Of a DNA stretch of 64,000 nt, positions 51,814 through 62,323 are shown piece after piece. A program made the position numbers and the translations under genes. The notes below the pieces were generated by a model. It was not told where the DNA came from and made no database searches. It was given only the letters and a program-made list of their open reading frames with translations. The number at the start of each line of letters is the position of its first letter. Within the stretch, counting starts at the first letter, position 1. Location: contig WGDC01000014.1 in the NCBI GenBank assembly GCA_015493475.1, forward strand, positions 17,385 to 81,384, in the 5' to 3' direction. Source of the DNA: Deltaproteobacteria bacterium (GTDB lineage Bacteria > Desulfobacterota > Dissulfuribacteria > Dissulfuribacterales > QOAL01).

Positions 51814-53979
51814 CTATAACTGGCCCTCGAAAAGCCTTGACATCACCTGGATTATATCATTCAGCCGGAATGGTTTTGTCAGAAGGGCGTCAATACCTTT
51901 TTCCTTTAACTCTTCCTCCTTGAAAGAGGCGCCCCATCCGGTCATCAGCACTACGCATGTCTTTGGGGAAACCTGGCGGATTTTCGAGGCGATCTCCCAA
52001 CCGCTTAACCCCGGCATGCCGAGATCGGTAAGGACCAGGTCGAAATCCTCCCTTTCCACCCTGCTTATGGCATCCATTGGGTCGTTACAGACAGTTACGT
52101 GGTGTCCGAGGCTTCCGAGCATAAGACCTATGAGCTCAACTATCTGCAGCTCGTCATCTATCACCATTATCCTCAGTTGTTCACTATCTGATGGCCTTTC
52201 ATCGAATTCCGGATCTGGCTCTCTTTCGTCCTGCTCCTCACTCGGGAGCAAAATAACCAAGGTGCTTCCGCATCCTTTCTTTGAAACAACGTCGATCTTG
52301 CCTCCAACATTGGAAATCAGGCCGTACACGATGCTTAGTCCAAGCCCGGAACTCCCGGTCTCCTTTGTTGAAAAATAGGGATCGAAAATGTGGGAAAGCA
52401 CGTCTTCGTCCATGCCAGTACCCGTGTCCCTGACCTCAATAACCGCATTGTCGCCCTTCTTGTAGGACCTTATGATTATCCTGCCACCCGATGGCATGGC
52501 ATCAATGGCGTTAATAATAAGGTTTATCAGTACCTCCCTCAATTCGTACGCAGGTATATTGGCCTTAAGCCCCTTTTCCAGCTCCGTTTCCACGGAGATA
52601 TATATCCCTTTCTTCTCGCAGTCGTCCTTCCAAAGAGGCCTGGTGAACTGCACGGCCTCCTCTATTATGGATGATGTCTCAACGGCCTTCTCGGTCGCTG
52701 TCTGGTTGCCCGACCTGCCTTTTACAAATGTCTGTATCCTCTTGATGGTTTTAGCGCCGTCATTTACGCATGACTCGATATTTTTGAGCCTTTCCTCGAA
52801 TTTGGTGCCCTTAAGCTCCATCTGTAAAAGCTCAACGTTCCCTAGTATGGCCATAAGCAGATTGTTAAAGTCATGGGCGATCCCTGCCGCCATCGAACCA
52901 AGGGCCCTGAGTTTCTCTTCACGTATTCTCTGCTCAGAGTCATGAAGATGATCAGAAAGGTCGTGGATAAAAACTATTCCCCCTTTCTTTTCCCCCTTTT
53001 TGGACTTGACCGGGTGAAAAAAGAAATCGGCCAGGACTGTTGTGCCATCGGGTTTTATTAGCCTCACCTCTGAAATTTTTTTGTAGGAAACCGACTTGAC
53101 CGTCTTGGTGAAATCAAGGAAGACGGACGCATCCATGAAAAAACGCCCAAGACCCTTCTCCTTCAAAGATACCTCGTCACACTGAAGAAGCCTGCAAATC
53201 GATTCGTTGGCATGGATAACATTTCCATCGATATCAAGCAGGCAGATACCCTGTGGGGCATTTTCCATTGCGGACTTGAGGTAATCAAGGGGCATTCCCT
53301 CCTCGGAAGGCAAAGGCCTCACCCTGTTGTTGCTTTCCACGATATTCTGGATGTGAAAATGTCCCTCTGACAGGACCTCGCCCCTCCCAAAGCCCTGGAT
53401 CAGATGGGCTATCACCTGAGAAATTATTATAAGGTTCCTTTTTAGCCCGTTGGTAAATTCTATTTTGGAGGAGGAGCTGAGATTCAAGATACCCTTGGAA
53501 GATATGGGGAGGCATGCAAGGGAACGCGGCACCCGCCTTGCGTTTTCTACAAGGGGTATCTCTATCTCGGAGCTTTCGCTGATGAAGACCGGCTGCTGGG
53601 AGTCAAAAACCTCCCACGCTATACTTTTACCTTCCCGAAAAAAGAGTCCCCTGTTGAACTTCCTGTCAAACCTTCTATCCTCATCCTGGACGATCTGGTT
53701 TATCCCGATGGCCGCGGCAAGCTCCAGTATCTCTTTCTCTGGCCTGTAAATAAGCAGGGATACATTTTCGCATCCCATGTCCTCTGCAACTATCTTTACC
53801 ACAAGGGAGTAAAGCTCTTCTATGGACGACGCCTTTGAGGCCACCTCCATGAGACGGAGCACTATACCGAGGGCCGTCCTATGGATAAGCCTCTCCTGAT
53901 CCATTTCAAGGACTGCGGAATGGATCTCCTCAGTACTCAGCTTCTTGTCGCAATTACTCACGTCCGACATATCAGTCAT
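51814..53979 (-). CDS. Hybrid sensor histidine kinase (GAF-PAS-HisKA-HATPase-REC)
   Basis: AHDFNNLL, NA-DAM, DTGTGM, FDPYFSTK, GLGL, C-terminal receiver with TDLGMP. Confidence 0.93.
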   Translation of the reverse strand: MTDMSDVSNCDKKLSTEEIHSAVLEMDQERLIHRTALGIVLRLMEVASKASSIEELYSLVVKIVAEDMGCENVSLLIYRPEKEILELAAAIGINQIVQDEDRRFDRKFNRGLFFREGKSIAWEVFDSQQPVFISESSEIEIPLVENARRVPRSLACLPISSKGILNLSSSSKIEFTNGLKRNLIIISQVIAHLIQGFGRGEVLSEGHFHIQNIVESNNRVRPLPSEEGMPLDYLKSAMENAPQGICLLDIDGNVIHANESICRLLQCDEVSLKEKGLGRFFMDASVFLDFTKTVKSVSYKKISEVRLIKPDGTTVLADFFFHPVKSKKGEKKGGIVFIHDLSDHLHDSEQRIREEKLRALGSMAAGIAHDFNNLLMAILGNVELLQMELKGTKFEERLKNIESCVNDGAKTIKRIQTFVKGRSGNQTATEKAVETSSIIEEAVQFTRPLWKDDCEKKGIYISVETELEKGLKANIPAYELREVLINLIINAIDAMPSGGRIIIRSYKKGDNAVIEVRDTGTGMDEDVLSHIFDPYFSTKETGSSGLGLSIVYGLISNVGGKIDVVSKKGCGSTLVILLPSEEQDEREPDPEFDERPSDSEQLRIMVIDDELQIVELIGLMLGSLGHHVTVCNDPMDAISRVEREDFDLVLTDLGMPGLSGWEIASKIRQVSPKTCVVLMTGWGASFKEEELKEKGIDALLTKPFRLNDIIQVMSRLFEGQL

Positions 53980-54883
53980 GCCCTACGATTATGTCTGCCA
54001 GTACTTCTATCTCGTCGAGCAGTTCCATTGTCTTTCCAAAAAAATGGTCCATCTTCTCAAGTTCCACACCGGCAAGCAGAAAAACCTTGGTATCCGGCAG
54101 CTCCGGTTCAGGCCCTGTTCCAGCCGTGAATTCGACCATTTTGGCCTGATACGCTGACAGGCTTACTATGGCGCACTCTCTTGGAAAGGATCTAGAGGAT
54201 AGAGGATCATGATGAAATTCCAGCACATCTGAAATCTGCGGGGTAAGCCCCCACCTCTCGGATAGCAGACGCCCGATAGAGGTATGGGTTATGCCCTCCT
54301 GTTTCTCAACAACATAGGGTAAAACCTTTTTCTTTCTTGCCTTCACCTCTATGAGGTTGAACTCATCTGGCACCAGTTGGGCCATGGCTAGTCTGCCGAG
54401 GTCGTGAAGCAAGCCCATCAGGTAGAGCTCGTCTGCATCAAACATGGGATATTCCTTGCCCATCTCTCTGGCACAAAAAGATGTAAGCAGGTTGTGAATC
54501 CAGAACCGTCTGAGGTCGAATCCCCGTGCAAGCACACCGGCCTTGAACTGATTGACAAGGCAGATGGCGAGCGAAAGGTTTCTCACCTCGTCGACCCCTA
54601 TCAGCATCACCGCCTTATTTATGGTGTTAACCTTGCCCTTGAATCCGTAATAAGCACTGTTTGCCACCCTGAGAAGCTGTGCACACAAGGAGGCATCCGG
54701 CTCTACGATGGAGCTTATGTCTTCAAAGGTACAGTTTTTTTTTGTAATTGTGCGAAAAAGGCTTAAAGCTATACTGTTTGGCACCGGGATATACTTTATC
54801 TTGCGTACCCTTTCGGCAAGGTCCTTGTAAGATTGGGCTTCCATTTTTGGTTTCCGCATCGGCATTTTTTTCTTTATCGGCAA
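53972..54883 (-). CDS. HDOD domain protein
   Basis: D-SL-AQLLRVANSAYYG, FW-H, GLLHDLG, H-IG-L-WGL; true start probably a downstream ATG (54865-54844). Confidence 0.9.
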   Translation of the reverse strand: MPIKKKMPMRKPKMEAQSYKDLAERVRKIKYIPVPNSIALSLFRTITKKNCTFEDISSIVEPDASLCAQLLRVANSAYYGFKGKVNTINKAVMLIGVDEVRNLSLAICLVNQFKAGVLARGFDLRRFWIHNLLTSFCAREMGKEYPMFDADELYLMGLLHDLGRLAMAQLVPDEFNLIEVKARKKKVLPYVVEKQEGITHTSIGRLLSERWGLTPQISDVLEFHHDPLSSRSFPRECAIVSLSAYQAKMVEFTAGTGPEPELPDTKVFLLAGVELEKMDHFFGKTMELLDEIEVLADIIVGHD

Positions 54884-54919
54884 GAAAAAAGAGAATGATG
54901 AAGGAATCCGGCCAGTTTA

Positions 54920-56656
54920 TTAGTACTTATGATAATTTTCTGGAAGGTTTGACACCAGGATCAAGCACCTGAGTACGAGCCTTTTGTCATGGTATTCAAA
55001 TGGAAACTTGACACCCTTGGCCCTGAAATAACCGTATCTCTTGCGGTCAAGGATGATGAATACCCGCCTTTGCCGGTTCCTCATCATCCAGGCGGCCTTG
55101 TCAAGGTCAATCCTCGAAACGATTCTATCAAGGTAAAAGGTACATTCCTCGTCCCAGAATCCGCCGTAAAAAAGCGGCATCCTCCCTACCACTTCTTTTA
55201 CATGCCTGCAAAATGGCCTGGCGTCTTTACCCCTGTATACAGCGGGAAGAGTAAAAGAGGTAACAGTCAGGATGAAAAGACCTCCCACCAATAGCAAGGA
55301 AGACAAATAGGAGGTGGCATCTTCCCTTGCGCCATGTCCGTTTTTGCGCCAGAGGACCCAAAGGCACAGGAGGAATGAAAAAAGAAAAACAAAGGCCTCC
55401 TTCTTCAGTACGTCCGCGAATAGTGCGAGCACGTCCTTATTGACATGGGAAAACAAACGGGATGCAAGAGACTGGGCCTGAACGAGATAACAACACAGGC
55501 CAATTATGGCCATAATTGCACATAGTATGGGCAACAACCACGTCACGGCCCTTATAAAACACATAGAGAGCGAACAATCTTTCTTAACATTGAAAAGGAA
55601 ATCGGCGCTCAGAAAGGCTGCTGCGGGATAGAGAGGCAGAATATAGTCGCTTCTCTTTGACTGTGCCACGGAAAAGAACAGGAAGACGAAAATGAAATAG
55701 ATAAACAGGAACCTATAGACCGGTTTTTTATCCTTCCATTTACTGACGGCATGAAATATCCACAATGGCATAATGAGGGACCAGGGGAAAAAACCAGACA
55801 GAAAATAAACAAGATACCTCGTGGGAGGAGAATGGTTAAAGTCCTTGAAAGATCCGAATGGAAGCAGACTAGTGAAACGGGAAAGATTCTCTTCGAGAAT
55901 AAAACGGTGAAAGAAACGAAAATCCGTCTTCAACGTAACATAAGCATACCAGGGAAGGCATACGAACAGAAACAGCAAGAAATAAGGAGATAAAAAAAGC
56001 TTCCTGATAAGGGAGAATCTCCTTTCGGAAATGGCGAAAAGGACCACAGTTGAAAAAACGAGAATGGCCCCTAGGGGGCCTTTTATCATTACGGCAGCCC
56101 CGGCTGAAACGTGAAAACCACACAGGCACCAGGCCTCGTGGGCGGCATCGTCCATGCTACCCGGGGTTTCGTCAAGGAGCCCTGCCCACTGAATAAAAAA
56201 AAACAGGGCGAGAAAGCAGGTTACCGAAAACAGAAGGTCCATCCGCGCCATCTGGCTCATCCACAAGACCTTGGGACAGAAAAGGAATATGGCGGAGAAG
56301 GCCGGGAAAAAAATCCCATCTTGGCCTGCAATAATTGAAATCTTGTAAAAAAGGATGATAAACAGGGCTGCGGCAACGAGGGACGGAAGCCTTGAAGCAA
56401 GCTCATAGTTGGGGAAAAACAAGGAAAAACCTGCGATTAGCCAGTAGTAGAGCGGGGGTTTGTCCAAATCCTCCGTGCCGTTCAACTCGTTGACCAAAAG
56501 GGCCTTACCCTGCACGTAGGCCTTTGCTATGAGGGCCGATTCAGCCTCAAGGGTCTCGCAGAGGGAACGCTCAAGGGAAAGACAGGTAAGGCCGAGGAAA
56601 AAACAGGCCAGGAAAAAGGCAAAGGCCCTGTGAGGATCTATCCTTGCAATCACCAT
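54920..56656 (-). CDS. ArnT/PMT family membrane glycosyltransferase
   Basis: DKPPLYYWL, SRLPS, ARMD, KGP, PWY, SKR-YILP-YP. Confidence 0.9.
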   Translation of the reverse strand: MVIARIDPHRAFAFFLACFFLGLTCLSLERSLCETLEAESALIAKAYVQGKALLVNELNGTEDLDKPPLYYWLIAGFSLFFPNYELASRLPSLVAAALFIILFYKISIIAGQDGIFFPAFSAIFLFCPKVLWMSQMARMDLLFSVTCFLALFFFIQWAGLLDETPGSMDDAAHEAWCLCGFHVSAGAAVMIKGPLGAILVFSTVVLFAISERRFSLIRKLFLSPYFLLFLFVCLPWYAYVTLKTDFRFFHRFILEENLSRFTSLLPFGSFKDFNHSPPTRYLVYFLSGFFPWSLIMPLWIFHAVSKWKDKKPVYRFLFIYFIFVFLFFSVAQSKRSDYILPLYPAAAFLSADFLFNVKKDCSLSMCFIRAVTWLLPILCAIMAIIGLCCYLVQAQSLASRLFSHVNKDVLALFADVLKKEAFVFLFSFLLCLWVLWRKNGHGAREDATSYLSSLLLVGGLFILTVTSFTLPAVYRGKDARPFCRHVKEVVGRMPLFYGGFWDEECTFYLDRIVSRIDLDKAAWMMRNRQRRVFIILDRKRYGYFRAKGVKFPFEYHDKRLVLRCLILVSNLPENYHKY

Positions 56657-57627
56657 GACAACAGCAGGAAAAGGACCATTGGCAAAAAGCAGTAAAGTAT
56701 AAGCGAGACCCTGTAAAGAAGCCTCACCGCTTCTTTTATGTCTGCCGGAACCGGTACCCTGGCCTGTCCGTTCATGCGGGGGGAATCTGATAGAACCCCG
56801 TCATAAACCGCAGGCCCACCGAGGTTAACCCCGAGTACGTGGGCAAAAGCGGCCTCCGGGAGCCCGGAATTGGGGCTTTTTTGTCCCGTAGAATCCTTTA
56901 ACGCCTGTCTGATAATATCAATAACCCCCTTGCCGTTCCAGATTCGTCCTGCAAGGGCTATTATAAGGAGCGCTATCCTGGCGGGAAGAAAGTTCGCAGC
57001 ATCGTCCATCCTCGCGGCCGCCTTGCCAAATTCCTCGTACTGGATGTTTCGATAACCGATCATGGAATCCATGGTGCTTATCATCTTGAAACAGAGACAC
57101 AGGGCAGGCCCCCCTATAACCGCATAAAAGTAAGGGGAACATATTCCGTCAACGAAATTTTCGGAAACGGTCTCTATCACCGCCCTTGAAACAGCCGTCT
57201 CGTCCATGTCTTGTGTCTGCCTGCTTACGAGCATGGAAAGCCTCTTCCTGGCAAGATCCAGGTCCCCGCGTGAAAGGGCGGCGAGAACCCTCATTGCCTC
57301 GTCTGCAAGACATCTGAGACAGAGGCTGAAATACACACACAGGACTGAAAAAAGGATACATAGAAAATGGGAAAATGCCGCTGTGAGACCCATCATCACC
57401 TTTACCATGGAAAAGGTCAACACGGGCAGAACCATGCTCATCAAAAGACCGGCCTGAAACTTGGGCAGAAACAAGGCCGTGGCCCTTTTCTCGCCCCATG
57501 AAATGGCGGCGCCCATAATCCTTACCGGATGCAAGGGGCTGTCACCGTCACCGAGGGCAATGTCTGCGGCAACCGCGCTAAATAATACGAGCCATGAAGA
57601 GGCCTCATGGATATAAGGCTCAAGCAT
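56650..57627 (-). CDS. cbiB: Adenosylcobinamide-phosphate synthase
   Basis: HPVR, VSR-T, ETVSENFVDG, T-DSMIGY, ARMDD-NF-PAR, SPNSG-PEAA. Confidence 0.94.
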   Translation of the reverse strand: MLEPYIHEASSWLVLFSAVAADIALGDGDSPLHPVRIMGAAISWGEKRATALFLPKFQAGLLMSMVLPVLTFSMVKVMMGLTAAFSHFLCILFSVLCVYFSLCLRCLADEAMRVLAALSRGDLDLARKRLSMLVSRQTQDMDETAVSRAVIETVSENFVDGICSPYFYAVIGGPALCLCFKMISTMDSMIGYRNIQYEEFGKAAARMDDAANFLPARIALLIIALAGRIWNGKGVIDIIRQALKDSTGQKSPNSGLPEAAFAHVLGVNLGGPAVYDGVLSDSPRMNGQARVPVPADIKEAVRLLYRVSLILYCFLPMVLFLLLSW

Positions 57628-59125
57628 TCAGTAACCCCAGCAATTCCGTGACCCGGCTATGTTCCTCAAGCCAGTCCGCTAGCTTATCGAACTGGCCAAG
57701 CCTGTACCTTCTATAATCGAGACGGGACGGGAGCGGCACAAGCCCCCTCCTGATTCTTGCAAAGTTCAAAAAGGAACGCCTGAAAAGATCATTGTCGAAG
57801 ATGCCGTGAATGTAAGTACCCAGGATACCCGCCTTCCCGTCAAAGACTATAATGGGGCCCTTGTCGGAGCCGACGGACAGGAGGCCCGTAGCCTCTTTCT
57901 CGAGAACACTTCTTCCCATGTGTATCTCGTATCCCTTGATAGAGACCGGCCCCTTGTGAAGTGGCGGAAAGGACGCGAGAATTTCTACCTGCTTGAGCAC
58001 CTTCTTCCCCGCCATCTCCGTATCCAATGGCAGGAGTCCGAATCCTTCGTACCTGCCGGGAGGACCGTCACTACCAAGGCTGTCGGTTATGGACCTCCCA
58101 AGCATCTGGAAACCCCCGCATATTCCCACCACCAGCCCTCCCCTTTTCAGGAATTCCGGTAACGCCCTTGCCCATCCGCGCCTTTTCAGGAACCCGAGAT
58201 CAGACGAAGTCGCCTTGGTGCCGGGAAGTATCACGATATCAGAGGTTAAGATGGCCCTGGGATCATCACTGAGAATCATCTCCACGTCCCTTTCAAGTCC
58301 AAGGGGAGAGAAGTCGGTAAAATTACTTATCCTTGGAAGTCTCGCCACGCAAACCCTTACCGCATCCTTCACAGACAGGCCCCTTGACTCTATTTTCCCA
58401 ACATGGACCCCATCCTCCTCATCCACGTGGATATCATGAAACCATGGAAGCACAGCGACCACGGGTACAGGAACAATCCGGTAAAACATCTCGATTCCTG
58501 GCTCAAGCAGACCCATGTCTCCTCGAAACTTGTTTATGATAAACCCCTTGATAAGGGGCCTGAATTTCTCCTCTACGAGGTCGAAGGTACCCTTCAGACT
58601 AGCGAAGACCCCTCCCCTGTCTATATCGGCAACTATTACAACCGGGGCACATGCATGGTGGGCCATTCTCATGTTCACGATATCCGTGCGCCTTAGATTT
58701 ATCTCGGCGGGGCTGCCCGCCCCCTCTATGACAATGACGTCATACTCGCCGCTGAGGCTGTTATATGCCTCCCGCACCACCTGCCAGTGCTCCTCTGACC
58801 GGTCATAATAATCCATAGCATTGAGGTGTCCGCATGCCTCGCCCATGAGTATCACCTGGCTCCTTGCATCCGTGGAAGGCTTCAGCAAAACAGGGTTCAT
58901 CCTTGCGTCAGGTAGAAGCCCACAGGCCTCGGCCTGAAAGACCTGGGCCCTTCCCATTTCCTTTCCCTCAGCGGTAACAAAGGAATTAAGGGCCATGTTC
59001 TGGGCCTTGAAGGGACAGACTTTCACCCCCCTGCGGGAAAGCAGCCTGCACATTGCGGCCGCAACGATGCTCTTTCCCACACCGGACCCAGTACCCTGGA
59101 ACATTATGCCTCTCGCTCTCGCCAT
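57620..59125 (-). CDS. cobQ: Cobyric acid synthase
   Basis: QGTGS-VGKS, PFKAQNM, NPVLLKP, EGAGSPAE, GICGGFQMLG, GYEIH-G, TYIHG. Confidence 0.97.
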   Translation of the reverse strand: MARARGIMFQGTGSGVGKSIVAAAMCRLLSRRGVKVCPFKAQNMALNSFVTAEGKEMGRAQVFQAEACGLLPDARMNPVLLKPSTDARSQVILMGEACGHLNAMDYYDRSEEHWQVVREAYNSLSGEYDVIVIEGAGSPAEINLRRTDIVNMRMAHHACAPVVIVADIDRGGVFASLKGTFDLVEEKFRPLIKGFIINKFRGDMGLLEPGIEMFYRIVPVPVVAVLPWFHDIHVDEEDGVHVGKIESRGLSVKDAVRVCVARLPRISNFTDFSPLGLERDVEMILSDDPRAILTSDIVILPGTKATSSDLGFLKRRGWARALPEFLKRGGLVVGICGGFQMLGRSITDSLGSDGPPGRYEGFGLLPLDTEMAGKKVLKQVEILASFPPLHKGPVSIKGYEIHMGRSVLEKEATGLLSVGSDKGPIIVFDGKAGILGTYIHGIFDNDLFRRSFLNFARIRRGLVPLPSRLDYRRYRLGQFDKLADWLEEHSRVTELLGLLNA

Positions 59126-59375
59126 GGTAAGAGAAATTAGAACAGCCTTCCATTTAAGGCAACAAGATAGACGACGCCCCTGAAAAACCGCCTTTTTTCG
59201 TCGAGTGGCCGGGTTCTCGTAACCCCCAAATGCCTATCCTGGTTCTTACATGCCACCCCTTCTTGCGATCAGGTCCTTACACTATGGAAAAGGCGGTTTT
59301 CCCCCTATGGCATTTGATAAAGTGACACAAGTCGCAACGAGGAAGGAACGAAAACCTTTTGAAAGGAAGGAGAAA

Positions 59376-59450
59376 TGGTGGGCGGTACTGGGATCGAACC
59401 AGTGGCTTCCACCGTGTGAAGGTGGCACTCTCCCGCTGAGTTAACCGCCC
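59376..59450 (-). tRNA. tRNA-Val (CAC)
   Basis: GGGCGGT/ACCGCCC acceptor stem, CCACC-TTCACAC-GGTGG anticodon arm, GGTTCGATCC T arm, encoded CCA. Confidence 0.97.
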
Positions 59451-59472
59451 GCTTTCTTCAGTGTTAGAAAAA

Positions 59473-59501
59473 GTAATAAAGATATGTTCAAGCCTTGTCA
59501 A
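59473..59501 (-). promoter_or_regulatory. Sigma-70 promoter of tRNA-Val
   Basis: TTGACA-N17-TATTAC on the minus strand. Confidence 0.6.
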
Positions 59502-59569
59502 CCACTAAAATTGGGGTAAAAGTGGCGAAAAATTGAAGTCCGTGCAAAAGCACGATAAAAATAAGACAC

Positions 59570-60769
59570 ATGCCTCAAAAACAAGCACCATCAGACCACG
59601 AATACACAAAGCCGGCTGAAGGCCTTTTCCTATGGGATAACGGAAAGACGCCCACAGGCCAGAAAATGTGCCTGCTTTTTAAGAACCCGGTAAAAACCTT
59701 GTTACTTGGCCCTTTCGCAGAAACATGCCATGTAAAGAATTTTTTCACTCAACTTAAAGAAGGGACAAATAGCGGACTTTTCGCAGCCGGCTGGCTCTCC
59801 TACGAGGTCGGATATCTCATGATACCGAGGCTAAGACACCTCATAGCAAAAAAACCCCCTTCGGTGCCACTTGCATGGTTCGGTCTTTATGAAGCACCCT
59901 GCGAGGCTCACCACTGGTATCCATCCACAGACGGCATTGATATTTATCCATTAGAGCTCAGGCTTGATACTTCAAAGGAGGAATTCATAGATTCCATACA
60001 CAAGATACACGACTACATCAAGGCGGGCGACACCTACCAGATAAATTACACCGTTCGGGCAAGCTTTGACTGGAAAGGACCGGGGCTTGCCCTTTACAAC
60101 TCACTGAAAAAGAGGCAATCCGTTAACTACTCTGCCTTTATCAGGCCATTTCAGGGCCTTGAAATCCTGTCTCTTTCCCCGGAACTCTTCTTTGCAAAGA
60201 AAGGACGCCTCATCTGGTCAAGGCCCATGAAGGGAACCGCCCCGAGGGGGACAGACCGGGTTGATGATGAAGCCATAGCAAAGGCCCTTTCCATAGACGA
60301 AAAAAACAGGGCTGAAAACGTAATGATAGTTGACCTTCTGAGAAACGATCTTGGAAGGATATGCAGCACCGGCTCCGTAAGGGTCCCCGAGCTTTTCAGG
60401 ATAGAAGGCTACGAAACCCTCTTCCAGATGACCTCCCGGGTGGAAGGAATATTAAGGCGGGAGGCAGGCCTTTACGACGCCTTTCGATCCCTGTTTCCCT
60501 GCGGATCCATAACGGGCGCCCCAAAGATCAGATCAATGGAGATAATCTCCGAACTTGAACAAAATCCCCGCGGCGTCTACACCGGGGCCATCGGCTTCGT
60601 TACACCTGGGGGCGATGCGATCTTCAACGTAGCCATTCGCACAATAACACTTCAAAACGGTGGGGCAGAGCTTGGGATAGGCGCCGGAATTACCATTGCC
60701 TCTGACCCATATTCCGAGTACGAGGAAACCCTGTTAAAGGCGAAATTTGTCTCAGACCGGGCTTTATAG
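59570..60769 (+). CDS. pabB: Aminodeoxychorismate synthase component I
   Basis: GDTYQINYT, SPELF, PMKGT, AENVMIVDLLRNDLG, FPCGSITGAPK. Confidence 0.93.
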   Translation: MPQKQAPSDHEYTKPAEGLFLWDNGKTPTGQKMCLLFKNPVKTLLLGPFAETCHVKNFFTQLKEGTNSGLFAAGWLSYEVGYLMIPRLRHLIAKKPPSVPLAWFGLYEAPCEAHHWYPSTDGIDIYPLELRLDTSKEEFIDSIHKIHDYIKAGDTYQINYTVRASFDWKGPGLALYNSLKKRQSVNYSAFIRPFQGLEILSLSPELFFAKKGRLIWSRPMKGTAPRGTDRVDDEAIAKALSIDEKNRAENVMIVDLLRNDLGRICSTGSVRVPELFRIEGYETLFQMTSRVEGILRREAGLYDAFRSLFPCGSITGAPKIRSMEIISELEQNPRGVYTGAIGFVTPGGDAIFNVAIRTITLQNGGAELGIGAGITIASDPYSEYEETLLKAKFVSDRAL

Positions 60770-60778
60770 GATGTCTTT

Positions 60779-61450
60779 ATGGAAATATCAAATAATTTCC
60801 TCATAGTCGAGACCCTGTGCTATGAAAAAAGAGCTGGAGAAAAGGGACACTTCCGCCTTTTACAGGAACATATAGAAAGGCTTGAAAAGTCTGCAGCCTT
60901 TTGGGGGTTTCCATTCAACAGGGATAGTTTTTCAAAAACGCTGGAACAGGTTCGGAAGATCTTCATTAAAAAAGGAAAAAAATTAATGAGGGTTCGCCTC
61001 GCACTTGACCGAACAGGCTCATTTAAACTCACCTACTCGTCGATAGCAGCAACAGTGGAACTGCCCGTAAGGATAGACGTCTCCGAGCACAGGGTCAACA
61101 GCACTGACATCTTTCTCTACCACAAGACGACAAACAGGCATCTTTTTGAACTGGAAAGAAGAAGGCTTGATACCCTTGGCCTGTTTGAAACCATCTTCCT
61201 GAATGAACGCGCGGAGTTGACTGAGGGGACCATAACAACTCTGTTCATAAATACGGGAGATGGCGTCCTTCTTACTCCAGCCCTTTCCTGCGGCTTGCTC
61301 CCAGGAACACTAAGGCGACATCTCTTGGAACAAGGCCGGGCCAGGGAAGCGGTGCTCCGGCTTGACGATCTTTTCATGGCAAAGGAGATTTTCGTAGGCA
61401 ACTCGGTACGGGGGCTTTTGAAAGCAAGGATTATAGCGGGAAGCCCTTAG
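60779..61450 (+). CDS. pabC: Aminotransferase class IV (aminodeoxychorismate lyase-like)
   Basis: H-RL-SA, HKTT-R, ELTEG, GLLPG-R, NSVRG. Confidence 0.85.
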   Translation: MEISNNFLIVETLCYEKRAGEKGHFRLLQEHIERLEKSAAFWGFPFNRDSFSKTLEQVRKIFIKKGKKLMRVRLALDRTGSFKLTYSSIAATVELPVRIDVSEHRVNSTDIFLYHKTTNRHLFELERRRLDTLGLFETIFLNERAELTEGTITTLFINTGDGVLLTPALSCGLLPGTLRRHLLEQGRAREAVLRLDDLFMAKEIFVGNSVRGLLKARIIAGSP

Positions 61451-62253
61451 CGTCTTTTCCATTTCAGAAACGGGGACTGATCAAATAACGGACTCTTAGG
61501 AGAAAGATCAACAACCGCCACCCTTGAGATGGTAAGCGTGCCACTTACTGCTGCCCTGTAAAACCTGAACCTTATCTGCCTTGGATATACTGGAATTGTT
61601 TTCAGGCCCTGTGAAAAGGATACATCACAATCCGCCGAATAAAACCTTGAAGGCGCAAGATTATCACGGAGGTATTCAAATATAAAAGGTTCACTGAGAA
61701 AATTGCCCATCAAGCAAACGACCCCGCCATTACCCTTTGAACAGGCTACCTGTTGCAGGACCAGGGAATTCGCAGGCGCCCACGGGTTCAACAGGCTTTC
61801 CATAACCTTTACGCCGTCTTTAACATCAATGGAGCCGTAACTTGTGAAAAACCGTGAACCCTCAAGGACCTTGCCCGCCCTTGGAAGGTATATATAGGCA
61901 TTATCTCCTCTCGACAGGAAGTCAAAAACCGTGATGCCGAATGGGGCAAAACCCCGAATCCTCATGTAACGCCTGCTTCGTGTTGAAAGAAGCCACGAGC
62001 GGATCTTTACAGATGCGAGATCATGGCCTTTTACAGTCAATTTGAGGCGTCCAGAAAGGGTAATGGAGCGAAAAAACTGCGCCCTTGTGTACAGGTCTTC
62101 CAAGACTCGGCCGGTCCTTTCCGGAGGTTGCGCCACCCCGTGTACGCTGCCCCTTAGCAGGCTGCATCCGCCTGACATATTCAGGAGACTAAATAAGAGA
62201 GTCAGGGCCACGGCCGTCCTGACGGTATATTTTATGTCTCTTGAAAATGTCAT
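61447..62253 (-). CDS. Hypothetical lipoprotein (LolB/DUF4292-like)
   Basis: Signal peptide with GGC lipobox-like motif, beta-rich, RI-G-PFG motif. Confidence 0.55.
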   Translation of the reverse strand: MTFSRDIKYTVRTAVALTLLFSLLNMSGGCSLLRGSVHGVAQPPERTGRVLEDLYTRAQFFRSITLSGRLKLTVKGHDLASVKIRSWLLSTRSRRYMRIRGFAPFGITVFDFLSRGDNAYIYLPRAGKVLEGSRFFTSYGSIDVKDGVKVMESLLNPWAPANSLVLQQVACSKGNGGVVCLMGNFLSEPFIFEYLRDNLAPSRFYSADCDVSFSQGLKTIPVYPRQIRFRFYRAAVSGTLTISRVAVVDLSPKSPLFDQSPFLKWKRR

Positions 62254-62323
62254 TTCTATGGGTAGTGCCTTGTCTAAATGGTAAGAGGCTATTAGATTTT
62301 ACTCAAAATTCCAAGGAGGTTTC

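Noticed and set aside
59126-59375. Cobalamin riboswitch upstream of cobQ
   Set aside because: No B12-box or other conserved riboswitch elements recognised by eye; an Rfam scan would be decisive
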